Source of the DNA: a bacterium
GTDB taxonomy: Bacteria > Patescibacteriota > Patescibacteriia > Buchananbacterales > GWA2-38-13
Direction: 5' to 3'
Assembly: GCA_030648715.1 (NCBI GenBank)
Contig: JAUSGZ010000017.1
Span: forward strand, 5,108-69,107
Length of the DNA: 64,000 bases
Shown here: piece by piece, positions 10,573 to 20,054 of the stretch
Layout of the letters: each line of letters starts with the position of its first letter
Numbering within the stretch: position 1 is the first letter of the stretch
Notes under the pieces: generated by a model
The model's database searches: none
Seen by the model: only the letters and a program-made list of their open reading frames with translations
Told to the model about the DNA's origin: nothing
Program-made: the position numbers and the translations under genes

Positions 10573-11415
10573 ATGGCAAATCCGCTCATTTCCATCATTA
10601 TCCCGACCTACAACCGGCCGCAACAGGCCGTTGCAGCAGTCCAAAGTTTTCTCCGTCAAACCTACCAGCGCTTCGAGGTGATCGTCGTGAATGATGGCGG
10701 CACCCAAGAGGTCGGGCCGGCGGTGAGCGCGCTGGACGATCCGCGTATCCGCTTCGTCTCAAAACTGAACGGCGGTTTAGCCTCGGCCCGCAACTACGGA
10801 TTGCGGCTCGCGCAAGGTGAATTCGTCACCTTCTGTGATGATGACGACGACGTGTACCCGCAGCGCCTCGAGTTGCATCTCGCGCACGTCGAGGCCGCCG
10901 GCGCGGCGATTTCCTTCTGCAACGCCCACATCGTGACCGGCCGCCGGACCCGGCTATTTTTCGGCCACGCGCCCCAACCCTCCTTCACCGGCCTCTTCTG
11001 CCGCCGCAATCCGCCCGTTCACGCCTTCCTGGTTGCGCGCGAGTGTATTGAACGTGCCGGCGGTTTTAACGAACGTTTGCGCGTCTGCGAAGACTATGAT
11101 CTGTGGCTGCGGCTGCTGCCGCGGTACCGTTTTGACTATTTCCACCTGCCGCTGGTCCGGTATGTACGGCATCCCGGCGCGATGAGCAACGACTTGCCGA
11201 CGATGTCGCGCGAGATTTGCCGCCTGGCGGAAAATTACGTCCGTGTCCATACGGCAGAACTGCCCCCGGAATTCCTACAAAAATTCCGACGCCTGATGCT
11301 CCTGCGCCAGGGCAAGCGGCAATTGCGGGAACACGATTTCCTCGGCAGCCTGATGACGGCGTATGAGTGGCTGACCGCCGCCTGGTCGCGTCCCCGTACG
11401 CCAAACGCATCCTGA
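10573..11415 (+). CDS. GT2 glycosyltransferase
   Basis: ISIIIPTYNR, VIVVNDG, ASARNYG, FCDDDD, EDYDLWLR. Confidence 0.92.
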   Translation: MANPLISIIIPTYNRPQQAVAAVQSFLRQTYQRFEVIVVNDGGTQEVGPAVSALDDPRIRFVSKLNGGLASARNYGLRLAQGEFVTFCDDDDDVYPQRLELHLAHVEAAGAAISFCNAHIVTGRRTRLFFGHAPQPSFTGLFCRRNPPVHAFLVARECIERAGGFNERLRVCEDYDLWLRLLPRYRFDYFHLPLVRYVRHPGAMSNDLPTMSREICRLAENYVRVHTAELPPEFLQKFRRLMLLRQGKRQLREHDFLGSLMTAYEWLTAAWSRPRTPNAS

Positions 11416-11417
11416 CC

Positions 11418-12587
11418 ATGCAACGAACCCCCCAACCGCTCCATGTCCTCCATATCGTCGAGGCAACACTGACGGGCACGCGACGGCACGTGACCGACCT
11501 GGTGTTGCAGGCAACCCCGGCCGTGCAGCCAACGCTGATATTTTCCAGAGTACGTGCCGACCGCGAATTTACAAACTCGCTGGCAGCAATCCAAGCGCGC
11601 GGGATTCCGCTGGTCGAGGTACCGATGTATCGGGTCTTCAAACCGTTCCAAAACTTCCGAGCTGGCCTGCAAATTTGCGCCCACATCGCCCGCACGCGTC
11701 CGCACATCGTCCACACCCACGGCGCGATCGCCGGCATTATCGGCCGCTGGGCGGCACACCGTGCGCGTGTTCCCGTTATCGTCCACACCCCGAATGCCTG
11801 GCCGTTCCTCGCGACCGGTGAGTGGCTGCTGCGGAGTCTGTACCGCGGGCTAGAGCGCTGGACGGCGCGCTGGTCGGACGCCATTATCTGCGTCTCCGAC
11901 CACGAACGACGGCTCGGCCTCACCTACCGCATCGCGCCGCCGGAAAGACTTATCCTCATTCCCAACGGCACGGATCTGACGGCAATCCACGGCGACCGAA
12001 CAGCGGCCCGCACGCTCCTGGGTCTGCCGTCCGATGCGCTGGTCTTTGGCAGCGTGACCCGTTTTGCCCCCCAGAAAGACCCCCTCGGCCTGATCTCCGC
12101 GCTGCAACCGCTCACCGCTCGCTTCCCGCGCTTCCACCTGGTGATGGTCGGCGAAGGACCGCTCCTTGCCGCCGCTACAAAATTCGTGACGCGCCACCAT
12201 GTAGAGCGGCAGATCCACCTCACCGGATTTAGAACTGATGCGACCGCGCTGCTCTTTGGTTTCGACGCGTTCCTCCTCTCCTCGCGCTATGAGGGGCTTG
12301 CGTACGGCGTGCTGGAGGCGATGGCCGCCGGACTCCCCATCATCACCACCGCCGGCGGCAATGAGCAGGCCGTACGCCACGGAGTGAACGGCCTGGTGGT
12401 ACCCGTGGACGACCAGGTGGCGTTGCAAACAGCGGTCACGACCCTGCTGCAGGACCACCACCTGCGCCAGTCCTTCGGACAACAGAGCCGAGTTCGGGTA
12501 CAGCAGTTCACCGTTGATGGCATGGTCGGAAAGACGGAAGCGCTCTATCGGCGATTAGTGGAAGAGAAAGGACTTCTGCTAGAGTAA
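11418..12587 (+). CDS. GT4 glycosyltransferase
   Basis: IVHTH, IPNG, RFAPQKD, SRYEGLAYGVLEAMAAGLP. Confidence 0.9.
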   Translation: MQRTPQPLHVLHIVEATLTGTRRHVTDLVLQATPAVQPTLIFSRVRADREFTNSLAAIQARGIPLVEVPMYRVFKPFQNFRAGLQICAHIARTRPHIVHTHGAIAGIIGRWAAHRARVPVIVHTPNAWPFLATGEWLLRSLYRGLERWTARWSDAIICVSDHERRLGLTYRIAPPERLILIPNGTDLTAIHGDRTAARTLLGLPSDALVFGSVTRFAPQKDPLGLISALQPLTARFPRFHLVMVGEGPLLAAATKFVTRHHVERQIHLTGFRTDATALLFGFDAFLLSSRYEGLAYGVLEAMAAGLPIITTAGGNEQAVRHGVNGLVVPVDDQVALQTAVTTLLQDHHLRQSFGQQSRVRVQQFTVDGMVGKTEALYRRLVEEKGLLLE

Positions 12588-12593
12588 GCGGGT

Positions 12594-13937
12594 ATGATGT
12601 GGCTTTTGATCGCGAGCGACATCCTCATGCTTCAGGCGAGTTTTTGGCTGGCCTATGCGGCGCGCACCGGCACGTTCTTCGCTACTACGCTGGAAGTACT
12701 GCCGCCCATGGCGGTATATCTGGCTGCCTTGCCCTGGTCGGCCGCGCTCCTCGTGGCGATCTTTTACGTCCGCGGGCTCTACTGGCCGGCCCGCCGGCTC
12801 ACACCCGCGGTCGAGGCCTACGAAGTGGTCAAGGGAGTGACCGCGTGGGCGCTGCTGGTGATGTCGGGTTCCTATCTGGTGAAATTCGATTACTCGCGCA
12901 TCGTCGTCCTTGCGACCTGGCTGCTGGCCGTGGTCCTGGTGACCGGAGGACGCTGGATCTCCAGCCGCATCATCAGCGTACTTGCCCGCCGCGGCGTGGG
13001 TGCGCTCAACGTCCTGATCATCGGTTCGGGGAAACCGGCCCGCATCATTGCCCAACAGCTTCAGCCGTACGCTCGTCTCGGCTATCGCCTCGTGGGCTGT
13101 GTCGGGGACGGTGGAATCAACGGATTGCCATGCCTCGGTACCGCCGACGACGTACCGCGCCTGATCAACGCTCATAGTATCCGACAAGTCTACGTGGCGG
13201 AACCCGCGCTCTCGTACGACGCCATCCTGACCATGGTCTACACCTGTCCGTCCAAGAACGTCCAATTCCGCATCGCCGCAAATATCTTCCCCCGCTTCCA
13301 CGCTCCCCGCTCGCTGACCGAACTCGAGGGCTTCCCGTCACTGGATGTGCGGCGCGCGGAACCCGCGCTCTGGTACCGGGCCGCCAAGCGCCTCCTGGAT
13401 ATCCTTTTGAGCGGTTTCCTGCTGATGTTCAGCCTGCCGCTCTGGGGACTGATCGTGCTTTTTATCCGCCGCGATTCCTCAGGCCCCGCGCTCCTCACGC
13501 AGCCGCGCGTCGGCTACCGCGGACGGCGTTTCATCCTCTATAAATTCCGCTCCATGGTTGCCGCTACCGAACGCGACGCGACGCCACCCTCCAGCTTGCA
13601 GGATTCCCGCATCACCAATGTGGGCCGATTTCTGCGGCGCACCAGCCTGGACGAGCTGCCGCAATTGCTCAACATTCTCCGCGGCGACATGAGCCTGGTC
13701 GGCCCGCGTCCGGAACTGGAATCGCTCGCCGCGCGCTACCAGGGATGGCAGCTGCGCCGATTCGACGCCAAGCCGGGGCTGACCGGGCTGTGGCAGATCC
13801 TGGGACGCAAAGATCTCAGCCTGGAACAAAAACTGGAATACGATTTCTATTACGTCAACAATCAATCTCTGCTCCTCGATCTGATGATCATGGTCCGGAC
13901 CATCCCCCAGATCATTTTCGGCAAGGGTGCGTATTAA
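12594..13937 (+). CDS. Priming polyprenyl-phosphate sugar phosphotransferase (WcaJ/WbaP/CpsE type)
   Basis: N-terminal TM helices, then [57 protein letters not shown] end. Confidence 0.95.
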   Translation: MMWLLIASDILMLQASFWLAYAARTGTFFATTLEVLPPMAVYLAALPWSAALLVAIFYVRGLYWPARRLTPAVEAYEVVKGVTAWALLVMSGSYLVKFDYSRIVVLATWLLAVVLVTGGRWISSRIISVLARRGVGALNVLIIGSGKPARIIAQQLQPYARLGYRLVGCVGDGGINGLPCLGTADDVPRLINAHSIRQVYVAEPALSYDAILTMVYTCPSKNVQFRIAANIFPRFHAPRSLTELEGFPSLDVRRAEPALWYRAAKRLLDILLSGFLLMFSLPLWGLIVLFIRRDSSGPALLTQPRVGYRGRRFILYKFRSMVAATERDATPPSSLQDSRITNVGRFLRRTSLDELPQLLNILRGDMSLVGPRPELESLAARYQGWQLRRFDAKPGLTGLWQILGRKDLSLEQKLEYDFYYVNNQSLLLDLMIMVRTIPQIIFGKGAY

Positions 13938-13938
13938 T

Positions 13939-15816
13939 ATGACCCTGCTGCGCACGGACAAAGTGGTTGCCGCCGGCACGCTGGCCGCGGTGCTGCTGGC
14001 GGCAGGCTTGGGCTGGAACAGCCGCGAACCGTGGGGAATGCTTCTGATCTCCGGCACGGTCCTCACGCTGGTGCTTTCCAGCCTGGCCGCCAAAAAACGG
14101 TCGGCGGCACAGCCATTCCCTGCCCCCCTGCTGCTGTTTGCCCTGGCGACCGCCATTGCCACGGCGACCTCAAGCTACGTGTATGGCTCGCTACTGGCCG
14201 CCCTGCCCATCCTCACCGGTATCGCGGCATTTTACCTTGGCCAGCAACATTTCCATTCGGTGCGGCGCCAACAGTGGCTGGCCGCAACGGTGGTTATCAC
14301 CGGGGTGGTCCTTGCGGTGGATGGGTTGCGCCGCGTCCCCGGCCTTGACAACCCCGAGCTTGGCATCGCGTCGGTGTTCCTGTGGAAAAACGCCTACGCC
14401 GGATGGCTGGCGATGACCTTGCCCATCGCCGTAGGGCTGGTTGCTGCCAGCCGCCGCCCGCTCCTTTTTTGGCTGAACATTGGCGGCTTGAGCACCATTG
14501 CCGCGGCGCTGTTCTTCACTTCGTCACAAGCGGGATGGCTGGCCGCAGGCGCGGGTATTGGTCTGGTGATCGCGGCATCGGCATGGCAACACCGGAGCGT
14601 TCCCAGGCGAGCGCTGCTGAGCCTCCTGATCGCCGGACTGGGAAGTGCCGCCATCATCGGCGTGCTGTGGCGGCTGCAAACGGACGGCATTGGGCCGCAG
14701 GGCAGCCCGGCAGCGCTCTCCCGCGTGGCCGGGTTCATCCCCGAGTCCACCAGCACCCGCCAGAACTACTGGAAAACAACGCTTGAGATGATCGCCGACT
14801 ACCCCTGGTACGGCGTTGGTCCGGGCAACTTCACCGCCTGGTACCCCCACTACTTCAAACAACCATGGCTGTACACTATCAGCCCGCATAATGTCGCCTT
14901 GCTTTATGCGGCGACGCTGGGCGTGCCCGCCACGATCTTCCTGCTCATGTTCTTAGGCCAACTTTTTTGGCGTACGCTCCGAGGCTGGCAACAGCAGTGC
15001 CGCGTCAACCAGGAAAAAGATTCTTGTGCGTGGACAGTGGTTTGGACCGGGAGCGCGCTGACCGGCATCGCGCATGCACTGCTGGACTTGACCTTTGAAG
15101 TGCCGGCAATCCTCCTGCTGTGGTGGCTGTTGCTCGGCCTGCTACACGGCAGCCAGGCACCGGAGGGAGCAGCAGTGCGTACCTCCAAGGTTGTTCGCGC
15201 AAGTCTGGCCAGTGTTGCCACCGCAACGCTGGTCCTGGTTTTTGTGCTGCTGATCGCCGACAACGCCTACCGCCAGGCGGTGGTGCTGACCGGCGCGAAC
15301 GCGGCACAACGCCTCTCCTTGCTGCAACGTTCCCTGTCTCTAATGCCGCTAGCAGCACCGGCGCACGAGGCCATCGCCCAACACTACTGGGAAATGGTGA
15401 CCGCCCACAACGGCGACCGCGGCGCCAACTTACGGGCCATGGTTGCCGCTGCGCGACGAGCGGCGGAACTTGAACCCGCCTCTGCACACCGACAGTGGTT
15501 CCTCGGCTACGCGTACTACCTGGGACAGACACCCGAACATGCCTACTGGCCGTTCATTATTGACCATCTCACCCGTGCTATCGCCTACGATTTTCACGAC
15601 CCGACGTACTATCGGACGCTGGCGGAAGTCTACCTGCGTCTTGGGTGGCCACAGCAGGCACGCGCGACGATCACCACGGTACTGGATCTGTACTCCGAAC
15701 AAGAGCTTTCCCGCATCACCTTCGGCGGGGTCATCTACGAGCAACTCGGCCTCCGGGAACGGCTGGAAGCACTGCGCGGGTTGCTGCGCTACACCGAACT
15801 TCCCGCGCGGAAGTGA
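13939..15816 (+). CDS. O-antigen ligase / O-oligosaccharyltransferase-like membrane protein (Wzy_C) with C-terminal TPR-like helices
   Basis: Polytopic; TSSQAGWLA, RQNYW...GVGPGNF...SPHN motif; TPR-like tail (AAELEP, LAEVYLRLG). Confidence 0.8.
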   Translation: MTLLRTDKVVAAGTLAAVLLAAGLGWNSREPWGMLLISGTVLTLVLSSLAAKKRSAAQPFPAPLLLFALATAIATATSSYVYGSLLAALPILTGIAAFYLGQQHFHSVRRQQWLAATVVITGVVLAVDGLRRVPGLDNPELGIASVFLWKNAYAGWLAMTLPIAVGLVAASRRPLLFWLNIGGLSTIAAALFFTSSQAGWLAAGAGIGLVIAASAWQHRSVPRRALLSLLIAGLGSAAIIGVLWRLQTDGIGPQGSPAALSRVAGFIPESTSTRQNYWKTTLEMIADYPWYGVGPGNFTAWYPHYFKQPWLYTISPHNVALLYAATLGVPATIFLLMFLGQLFWRTLRGWQQQCRVNQEKDSCAWTVVWTGSALTGIAHALLDLTFEVPAILLLWWLLLGLLHGSQAPEGAAVRTSKVVRASLASVATATLVLVFVLLIADNAYRQAVVLTGANAAQRLSLLQRSLSLMPLAAPAHEAIAQHYWEMVTAHNGDRGANLRAMVAAARRAAELEPASAHRQWFLGYAYYLGQTPEHAYWPFIIDHLTRAIAYDFHDPTYYRTLAEVYLRLGWPQQARATITTVLDLYSEQELSRITFGGVIYEQLGLRERLEALRGLLRYTELPARK

Positions 15817-15845
15817 CGCAACATTCGCGTACGATCAGACGAACA

Positions 15846-15869
15846 AAAGAACGGCATATGCCGTTCTTT
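15846..15869. terminator. Hairpin between the convergent ligase and pilin genes (probable bidirectional terminator)
   Basis: AAAGAACGGC-ATAT-GCCGTTCTTT perfect inverted repeat. Confidence 0.7.
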
Positions 15870-15888
15870 GCCTATCGCGAAAGCCCTA

Positions 15889-16398
15889 TTAGTGTGCGCA
15901 GCTTGGGCCAACTCCGGCTTCGGTACCGCACAGCAATCCGACACCCAGCTGGCCGGCGCCGACTTCCAGTCGGAAATGGATCTCGTAACGTTCGCCGCTC
16001 AAACGCGCGTACGAATAATTGCACGGGGTGCCAAAGGTCGCGCACGGCCGGTTGTGGTTGGGCACATCCGACGTGCTGGCGGGATCGCGGGGAGCCAACC
16101 CCATGTAGACCGGATTGGCGCAGGTGGTGTCCACTTCCCAGCCAAGGGCGCCGAGGCATCCGATGCCGTTCGTTGGGTTGCCGATCTCGCCGTCGGCCAG
16201 CGTCGGAGGGAAATCAACACTCGTGTTGAAGTACACTTCCAGCGCCTTGCGCAGCTGGGCGACATCACCGGAACGAATGGCATCGCGGGCTTTGGAACGG
16301 GCATTCCCGTACGCGATGAGCACCAGGGTCGACAGCAACCCGATGATGGCAATAACCACCAGCATCTCGATCAGCGTAAATCCGGTCCGTCGAATCAT
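15889..16398 (-). CDS. Type IV pilin (paralog 2)
   Basis: Prepilin cleavage motif MIRRTG/FTLIEMLVVIAIIGLL, KARDAIR..D..QL..ALEVY. Confidence 0.92.
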   Translation of the reverse strand: MIRRTGFTLIEMLVVIAIIGLLSTLVLIAYGNARSKARDAIRSGDVAQLRKALEVYFNTSVDFPPTLADGEIGNPTNGIGCLGALGWEVDTTCANPVYMGLAPRDPASTSDVPNHNRPCATFGTPCNYSYARLSGERYEIHFRLEVGAGQLGVGLLCGTEAGVGPSCAH

Positions 16399-16470
16399 GG
16401 TATTGGTAACATCTCCAGTATAACAGACTGCTCCCCTAGACGAAAACCGGCTGTGCACAGCAGCCCAACG

Positions 16471-16500
16471 AAAATTCCCGCTCTTGCGAGCGGGAATTTT
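16471..16500. terminator. Intrinsic terminator between the two pilin genes
   Basis: AAAATTCCCGCTC-TTGC-GAGCGGGAATTTT perfect 13-bp stem. Confidence 0.8.
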
Positions 16501-16526
16501 TCTCCCGATACTAGAGTCCCAATTAC

Positions 16527-17054
16527 TTAGTGGGAGCAGCTCCCGCCAGTGCCGGCTTCGGTCGCGCAGTTCAACCCGCTGTTCAGGCCACCGGTATTCG
16601 CCTCAAGGCGGAAGTGGATCTCATACCCGTTGGCGGTCCCGGTGCCGACGTTGATCTGGTCGTAGGAGTAGTTGCACGGCAACGCCCCTTCCGTTTCGCA
16701 GGGGTTATCGCTCCCCGGGTTGGAGGCGGTGTTGCTCGGATCGCGCGGCGTCAACCCCATGTAGATCGGAGCGGCGCAGGACGTATCCAGCTCCCAGCCG
16801 AGGTCGCCCAGACAACCTTGCCCGTTGGTGGGGTTGCCAATCTCGCCGTCGCCGGATTCCGGCGCGTAGGCGCCCTTGTCGTTGAAGTAGATCTCGAGTG
16901 CCGTTTGCAGCTGCTTCATGTCGGACACGCGCTTGGAGTCCCGAGCCTTCTGCCGGGCGGAGTTAAGGGCCACCACGGCGAGGGTTGACAGCAGACCAAT
17001 GATCGCGATCACGACCAACAGCTCAATTAACGTAAAACCTTTTCTGGTCTTCAT
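16527..17054 (-). CDS. pilA: Type IV pilin (probable major pilin)
   Basis: MKTRKG/FTLIELLVVIAIIGLL; strong SD (AAAGGGGGTGA); own promoters and terminator. Confidence 0.92.
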   Translation of the reverse strand: MKTRKGFTLIELLVVIAIIGLLSTLAVVALNSARQKARDSKRVSDMKQLQTALEIYFNDKGAYAPESGDGEIGNPTNGQGCLGDLGWELDTSCAAPIYMGLTPRDPSNTASNPGSDNPCETEGALPCNYSYDQINVGTGTANGYEIHFRLEANTGGLNSGLNCATEAGTGGSCSH

Positions 17055-17151
17055 TGTGTCACCCCCTTTCCTTATAGAATTGACAGCGGAAATATTGTTT
17101 CCGCGTGCCTCGTGGTAGACGCTGAGCGTTGTCCGTACCACATCGGCTACG

Positions 17152-17252
17152 CTCAGTATAGCCGATTTCCAGTCCTTAGGTAAACCGTAAAGTTATCAAC
17201 AGTCACCCGGTACTGCTTGACTCAGTATAGCAAAAAAATGAGATAACAGCAA
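17152..17252 (-). promoter_or_regulatory. Two tandem putative sigma70 promoters for the pilin
   Basis: GCTATACTGAG occurs twice on the minus strand (17152-17162, 17221-17231); TTGCTG-17nt-TATACT and TTTACC-18nt-TATACT. Confidence 0.5.
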
Positions 17253-17258
17253 TGAAAA

Positions 17259-18464
17259 TCAAATATTTTCGGACAGCTGATACAAGGGCAGGATGACGGC
17301 GGCGACCATCAGCCCGACCGCAATACCCATCATGCCGATCACCAACGGTTCAATGAGAGAAACGAGGTTCCGCACCACATTATCGATCTCGCGGGTATAA
17401 AAATTGGTCATTTTCTCCAACACGTGGTCCAGGCGTCCGGTCTTCTCGCCAACGTTCAGCATCTGCGCCACCATGAACGGCACGACCGAGGAGTGCAAAA
17501 ACACCGACGCGATGGGGTTGCCATCCTCCACCTCGCGGATGGTATCGGTAATGACCTTGCGGTAGACCTCGTTGCCGACCACATCCGCGGTAATGGCCAG
17601 CGCCTGGGGCAGGTTCACGCCGCCGACGATCAGCGTGTGCAGGCTGCGGGAAAACCGCACCAGCGCGATCTTCTGGAACAGCTTGCCGAATATCGGGACG
17701 TGCAATTTCACGGTATCCCACGTGCGGCGCCCTTCCTTGGTCCGGATGAGAAAAAAAAGTCCGATCCCTCCTGCGATGCCGCCGAGGAGCAAGAGCAGCC
17801 AGTAGTTGGAAAGAAAATCGCTGACCCAGATCAGCAAGCGCGTGGAAATGGGCAGCTCGGCTCCGCTCTCTTGCAGGATGGTGGTGATCTTCGGCACCAC
17901 GAACGTCATCATCATGAACCCGACAATGACCAGGCCGCTCAAAATGAACACGGGATAGATCATCGCGCCCCGGATACGGCTGGTCAGGTCGTAATCTTTC
18001 TCCAATTGGTTGGCCAGATACTCGAGTACTTCATCGAGTTTGCCCGACGTTTCGCCTGAACGGATGATGTTGACGTAGAACGCGTCGAACACCCGCTTGT
18101 GTTTCGCGAGGGCCACGGAAAACTTCGTGCCCGCCTCCACATCGTCGGCAACCTCGGAGACGATGACCTTGAGGTGCCGGTTCGGGGTTTGCGTGATAAG
18201 AATACGCAAACTCTGCACCAAGGGAACGTTCGCCGACACCAACACCGCCAACTGCCGCGAGAATACCACGACGTCGCGGATGGACACGCGCTTGAGCACG
18301 TCCAACGACTTCCCCAGGATGGAGGAAGATACCTCGTGCAGGTACACGATGGTCAACCCCCGCTCCCGCAGACTGTCGGCGGCCAGATCCTCCGTGGCCG
18401 CCTGTACCAGGCCGCTGACAGTCACATTCTCGGCAGTCTTGGCTTTGTAGGCGTATTCAGGCAC
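17259..18464 (-). CDS. pilC: Type IV pilus platform protein PilC (T2SSF family)
   Basis: FSRQLAVLV, GETSGKLD, IRGAMIYP, GEKTGRLD, LIEP; GTG start. Confidence 0.95.
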   Translation of the reverse strand: MPEYAYKAKTAENVTVSGLVQAATEDLAADSLRERGLTIVYLHEVSSSILGKSLDVLKRVSIRDVVVFSRQLAVLVSANVPLVQSLRILITQTPNRHLKVIVSEVADDVEAGTKFSVALAKHKRVFDAFYVNIIRSGETSGKLDEVLEYLANQLEKDYDLTSRIRGAMIYPVFILSGLVIVGFMMMTFVVPKITTILQESGAELPISTRLLIWVSDFLSNYWLLLLLGGIAGGIGLFFLIRTKEGRRTWDTVKLHVPIFGKLFQKIALVRFSRSLHTLIVGGVNLPQALAITADVVGNEVYRKVITDTIREVEDGNPIASVFLHSSVVPFMVAQMLNVGEKTGRLDHVLEKMTNFYTREIDNVVRNLVSLIEPLVIGMMGIAVGLMVAAVILPLYQLSENI

Positions 18465-18577
18465 AACGTAAGCTCAAAACGTAAAATGCAAAACGAAAAT
18501 CTTAGGAATCGGTCCCGCCGACGGCGGGACTTTGATAGTTTGCGCTTTGCATTTTGCGCTTTGCATTTTGCATTTCT
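18465..18577. repeat. Inverted heptamer-repeat hairpin with a central 19-nt palindrome
   Basis: CAAAACG/TAAAATG/CAAAACG ... GTCCCGCCGACGGCGGGAC (18512-18530) ... TTTGCGC/TTTGCAT x5. Confidence 0.85.
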
Positions 18578-19657
18578 CTATCCGTACCCGCGCGTCATCA
18601 TTTTCAGGTGTTCGGGGTCAACCGCCTCCGCCAATGCCTGCGGCTGCGCCACGATCCCGGCCTTGACCAGCGCCGCCAGCGACTGGTCCAGGCTCACCAT
18701 CCCCTCCTGTTGCGACGTCTGCAGCACCGATTGCAGCTGCGGGAACCGACCCTCGCGCAACAACGAATGGGTGGCTGATGTCAGGGTCAGGATCTCCATC
18801 GCCGCGACCCGGCCGCCGTCCATGCGCGGCAACAAACGCTGGCAGATGACCGCACCCAGGCTTTCCGCGAGTTGCTCTTGTGCCTGCCCGCGGACGTCCT
18901 GGGGGAACGTGGAAACGAGCCGTTCAATGGCCTGCACGGCGGTCACCGCGTTCATCGTCACATACACCAGCCGGCCGAACGCCGCCAGCTCCACGGCCGC
19001 CCGCAGCACGCCCGGCTCATCCGTTTCCCCCACCAACACCACGGTTACGTCCTCCTGCCCGCATTCCTCGAGCGCCTGACGGAACGTCGGCACGTCGCGC
19101 CCGACCTCGCGCTGGACCACGATGCTCTTGGCGTTCGTGATCAGGTACTCGATCGGCTGTTCGACGGTGAGGATGTTCTCGGACCTCCGCTGGTTGATCT
19201 GCTCCACCATCGCCGCCGCAGTCGTCGAGCGACCGGAATTGTACGGCCCGCAGGCCACGATCAGCCCGCGCTTGCGGTCCACTAGCTGCCCGATGAATGC
19301 CGGCAACCCCAGCTGATCAAGGTTGGGCACGGTCGTGGAGATCAGACGCCAGGTGAACGCCAGCCCACCCTTCTGATAGAACGCGGTTATCCGCACCCGC
19401 AGCTTCCCCTCATAGAGATAGATGAACCGGACGGAACGGTGCTGCTCCAGCGTTTCCCGCTGCATGGGATCAAGCAGTTCGTCGCGGAGCGCCTCCAAAA
19501 AATCCTTGGTCAGCACCGACGCATCGGTCACTTCGATCAACCCCGTATCCAGCCGCAGCACCGGCAGACTGCCGGCCAGCAGGTGGATATCGGAAGCCTG
19601 GCGCTTGGCGGCGGTAGCCAGGATCTTCCCGACCTCAAGATGGACTGCGGTATTCAT
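18578..19657 (-). CDS. pilT: PilT/PilU-family ATPase with degenerate catalytic motifs
   Basis: ASDIHL, QREVGRD, VICQRLLP, GRVAAMEI, GMVSLDQSL; Walker A reads GPYNSGRST. Confidence 0.85.
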   Translation of the reverse strand: MNTAVHLEVGKILATAAKRQASDIHLLAGSLPVLRLDTGLIEVTDASVLTKDFLEALRDELLDPMQRETLEQHRSVRFIYLYEGKLRVRITAFYQKGGLAFTWRLISTTVPNLDQLGLPAFIGQLVDRKRGLIVACGPYNSGRSTTAAAMVEQINQRRSENILTVEQPIEYLITNAKSIVVQREVGRDVPTFRQALEECGQEDVTVVLVGETDEPGVLRAAVELAAFGRLVYVTMNAVTAVQAIERLVSTFPQDVRGQAQEQLAESLGAVICQRLLPRMDGGRVAAMEILTLTSATHSLLREGRFPQLQSVLQTSQQEGMVSLDQSLAALVKAGIVAQPQALAEAVDPEHLKMMTRGYG

Positions 19658-20037
19658 TGTGGTACAAGCGCCTTAATTTTCTTGACGACCTCCGATGGCA
19701 TGAAGTGCGCCTTGATCAGGTAGTCGGCCGCGCCCAGGTCGAGCCCGCGCTTGACCTCGTCCTTCTGGCTCAAGTTCGTCAGGAGAATGACCGGGATATC
19801 CTTGGTGGCCGCGCCCTCCTTGAGTCCCTTGAGCACCTCGAAGCCGTCGAGTTTCGGCAGAATGATATCCAGCAGCACCAGCGCCGGTTGCTTGTCCTGG
19901 GCGAGTTTTAGCCCTTTCTTCCCGTCGGCCGCGGACAGCACCTCGAACCCCTCCAAGTTCAGCTTCGTCGCATAGAGCTCGGCGAGGAATTCATCGTCTT
20001 CGACCAGGAGGATCACTTTCTTCGCGGATGTGGACAT
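19654..20037 (-). CDS. Single-domain response regulator (CheY-like receiver)
   Basis: ILLVEDD, LLDIILPKLDG, IPVILLTN, GAADYLIK. Confidence 0.93.
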   Translation of the reverse strand: MSTSAKKVILLVEDDEFLAELYATKLNLEGFEVLSAADGKKGLKLAQDKQPALVLLDIILPKLDGFEVLKGLKEGAATKDIPVILLTNLSQKDEVKRGLDLGAADYLIKAHFMPSEVVKKIKALVPQ

Positions 20038-20054
20038 AGGCAGCGTATCCCCAG

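Noticed and set aside
15889-17054. Pilin duplication as a DGR template/variable repeat pair
   Set aside because: Differences are not adenine-specific, both copies are intact ORFs and no reverse transcriptase is present
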